Assembly: GCA_002269645.1 (NCBI GenBank)
Contig: NIVC01000177.1
Location: 124,001-188,000, forward strand
Origin: Macrostomum lignano
Taxonomy: Eukaryota
DNA: 64,000 nucleotides
Reading direction: 5' to 3'
This document shows positions 62,681 through 64,000 of this stretch, in pieces; position 1 is the stretch's first letter; every line of letters begins with the position of its first letter. The notes beneath the pieces are model-generated. The model was given only the letters and a program-made list of their open reading frames with translations. It had not been told where the DNA came from and did not search any database. Made by a program: the position numbers and the translations under genes.

Positions 62681-63788
62681 GGCAAGAAGGCAGAGAGCGA
62701 TACTACGAGTTACCGATTAAGTAGCTTTGGAATGAACAAGGAAGATAAACTATAACAATAGGTCTGGGATAAAAACAATATGCTGAAGCTTAGCGATTCG
62801 TTTGCATTTATTGTATCATTTTGAGGGGCATTTTGGTTTTTAGATGTAAAGTAAATCCAATAGTTGCAAGCATATCCAATATCCTATCGTGCCGATGACG
62901 AGGTCAATAAACGTGGCACGAAAGCATTTTTTGCTATAACACTTGCATAAAGGGGGAATACTTCTTTTTCTGTTCAATTTCAACAACACTCGCATTCAGT
63001 TTCGGCAAGCTGACATTCAATTTTATCACTCTACGCTAGTATATTTAGCTACTTCAACCGTCATTCAATTTCGGCAAGTGGCATTCAATTTCGTCAATTG
63101 GATATTCTATTTCATACCATAGTGAGGGCGTTACTTCTGTCTATGGACAAAGCTTGTTCCTGAATGCAGATTTCCCATTCAATTTCGGCATGCTGCATTC
63201 AATTTCAGCACTACATTTTCGGTGCGCTTTTTTAGCGTACTGTATTAATCTTAAACAGCCCACTCTTAAACTGATAACAAAAGCACTGCTCTCCAAAATC
63301 GGAGTGGCCTGTACTAAATCTAAAACTAGCGTCCACGCAGCTGCATGGCCGCCTCTCTGTCGTAGTCATACTTTTCTCACCGATAGAGCCAATCATTGTA
63401 GACAGCGCGTGTGCGTGTTTTTTCGGATGTACTTTTCCACAGCGCTTGCCGAGTTGCCGATTTCCCGAGTTGACACTGAAGACCAACTCAGCTCGGTTGT
63501 CATGGTGACTCTTAGATTTTTTGCCTATGTTAACAACCAAGGCAAAAGTGAATGACGACATTTAAAAAACGCACTGAAGAAACGGTCAAGCGTAAGGAAT
63601 GCATGCAAGAAAAACTGAACCATTTTTTCCATTTTTTGCGTAAAAACCTTTACAAAAACGAGTACTTGCTACTGACAAGTAGTAGTCTAAAACTGGACGG
63701 CCACTCTCCCCTTTACAAGTCACAGATTTTCTGCCTTGCGCTCCTGATCCGTAATGTATTTCGTTTGGCTAAAATCACGAGCTGCTTG

Positions 63789-64000
63789 CTAATGCGCTGC
63801 TGCTTTGTCGCCGCTGATTGACAAAGGCGGTACTGAAGCGCCTGACGCCACGGGCCGGTCATCGGACAAGTCGAGCGGCTCCGGCAGCTCCCAGGCTAAG
63901 CCGAAGTCGTCATCGCTCTTTCGTTGGCCCTGCTCGCCCTCGCCGTCGCGGCAGGCAATGACGCCAAGCCGCGGCACGGGCACTGCGGCCGAGTGAAGCA
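63789..64000 (-). CDS. Probable C-terminal end of a minus-strand gene that continues beyond the window
   Basis: GC-rich frame open from the window edge to TAG at 63789-63791 (LHSAAVPVPRLGVIACRDGEGE...DKAAAH*). No domain recognised. Confidence 0.4.
   Translation of the reverse strand, partial: LHSAAVPVPRLGVIACRDGEGEQGQRKSDDDFGLAWELPEPLDLSDDRPVASGASVPPLSISGDKAAAH

Noticed and set aside
63154-63821. 133-, 109- and 89-aa ORFs
   Set aside because: No ATG context or domain recognised; likely TE-derived or intergenic.

Overview
This is eukaryotic (metazoan) genomic DNA with GC-rich exons, GT-AG introns and a heavy load of locus-specific tandem repeats (about 19 kb, roughly 30% of the window by my tally). 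The style fits a free-living flatworm such as Macrostomum, but that is an inference, not a search result. I reconstructed these genes by hand from splice sites, phases and remembered family motifs: the last exon of an SHB/SHD/SHF-like SH2 adaptor; a 3-exon membrane-anchored JmjC protein; a 16-exon SNX14-like gene (minus strand); a 5-exon SLC18 (VMAT/VAChT-like) transporter; a DEG/ENaC channel with probable upstream coding exons missing from the ORF track; an intronless peptide-type GPCR; a very degenerate, twice-frameshifted SLC1-family transporter; a 2-exon LicD/FKRP-like protein; and a few orphan ORFs. Mobile DNA includes two tRNA-derived SINE families with target-site duplications, a hAT-like MITE family, a P-element transposase fragment and a 48-bp palindromic insertion. 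The most interesting signals are the SLC18 with relocated charged residues, the SLC1 that has lost almost all transport motifs, and the near one-to-one pairing of long introns with private minisatellites. There is no CRISPR array, rRNA or intact tRNA. All alignments were done by eye from memory and need confirmation.
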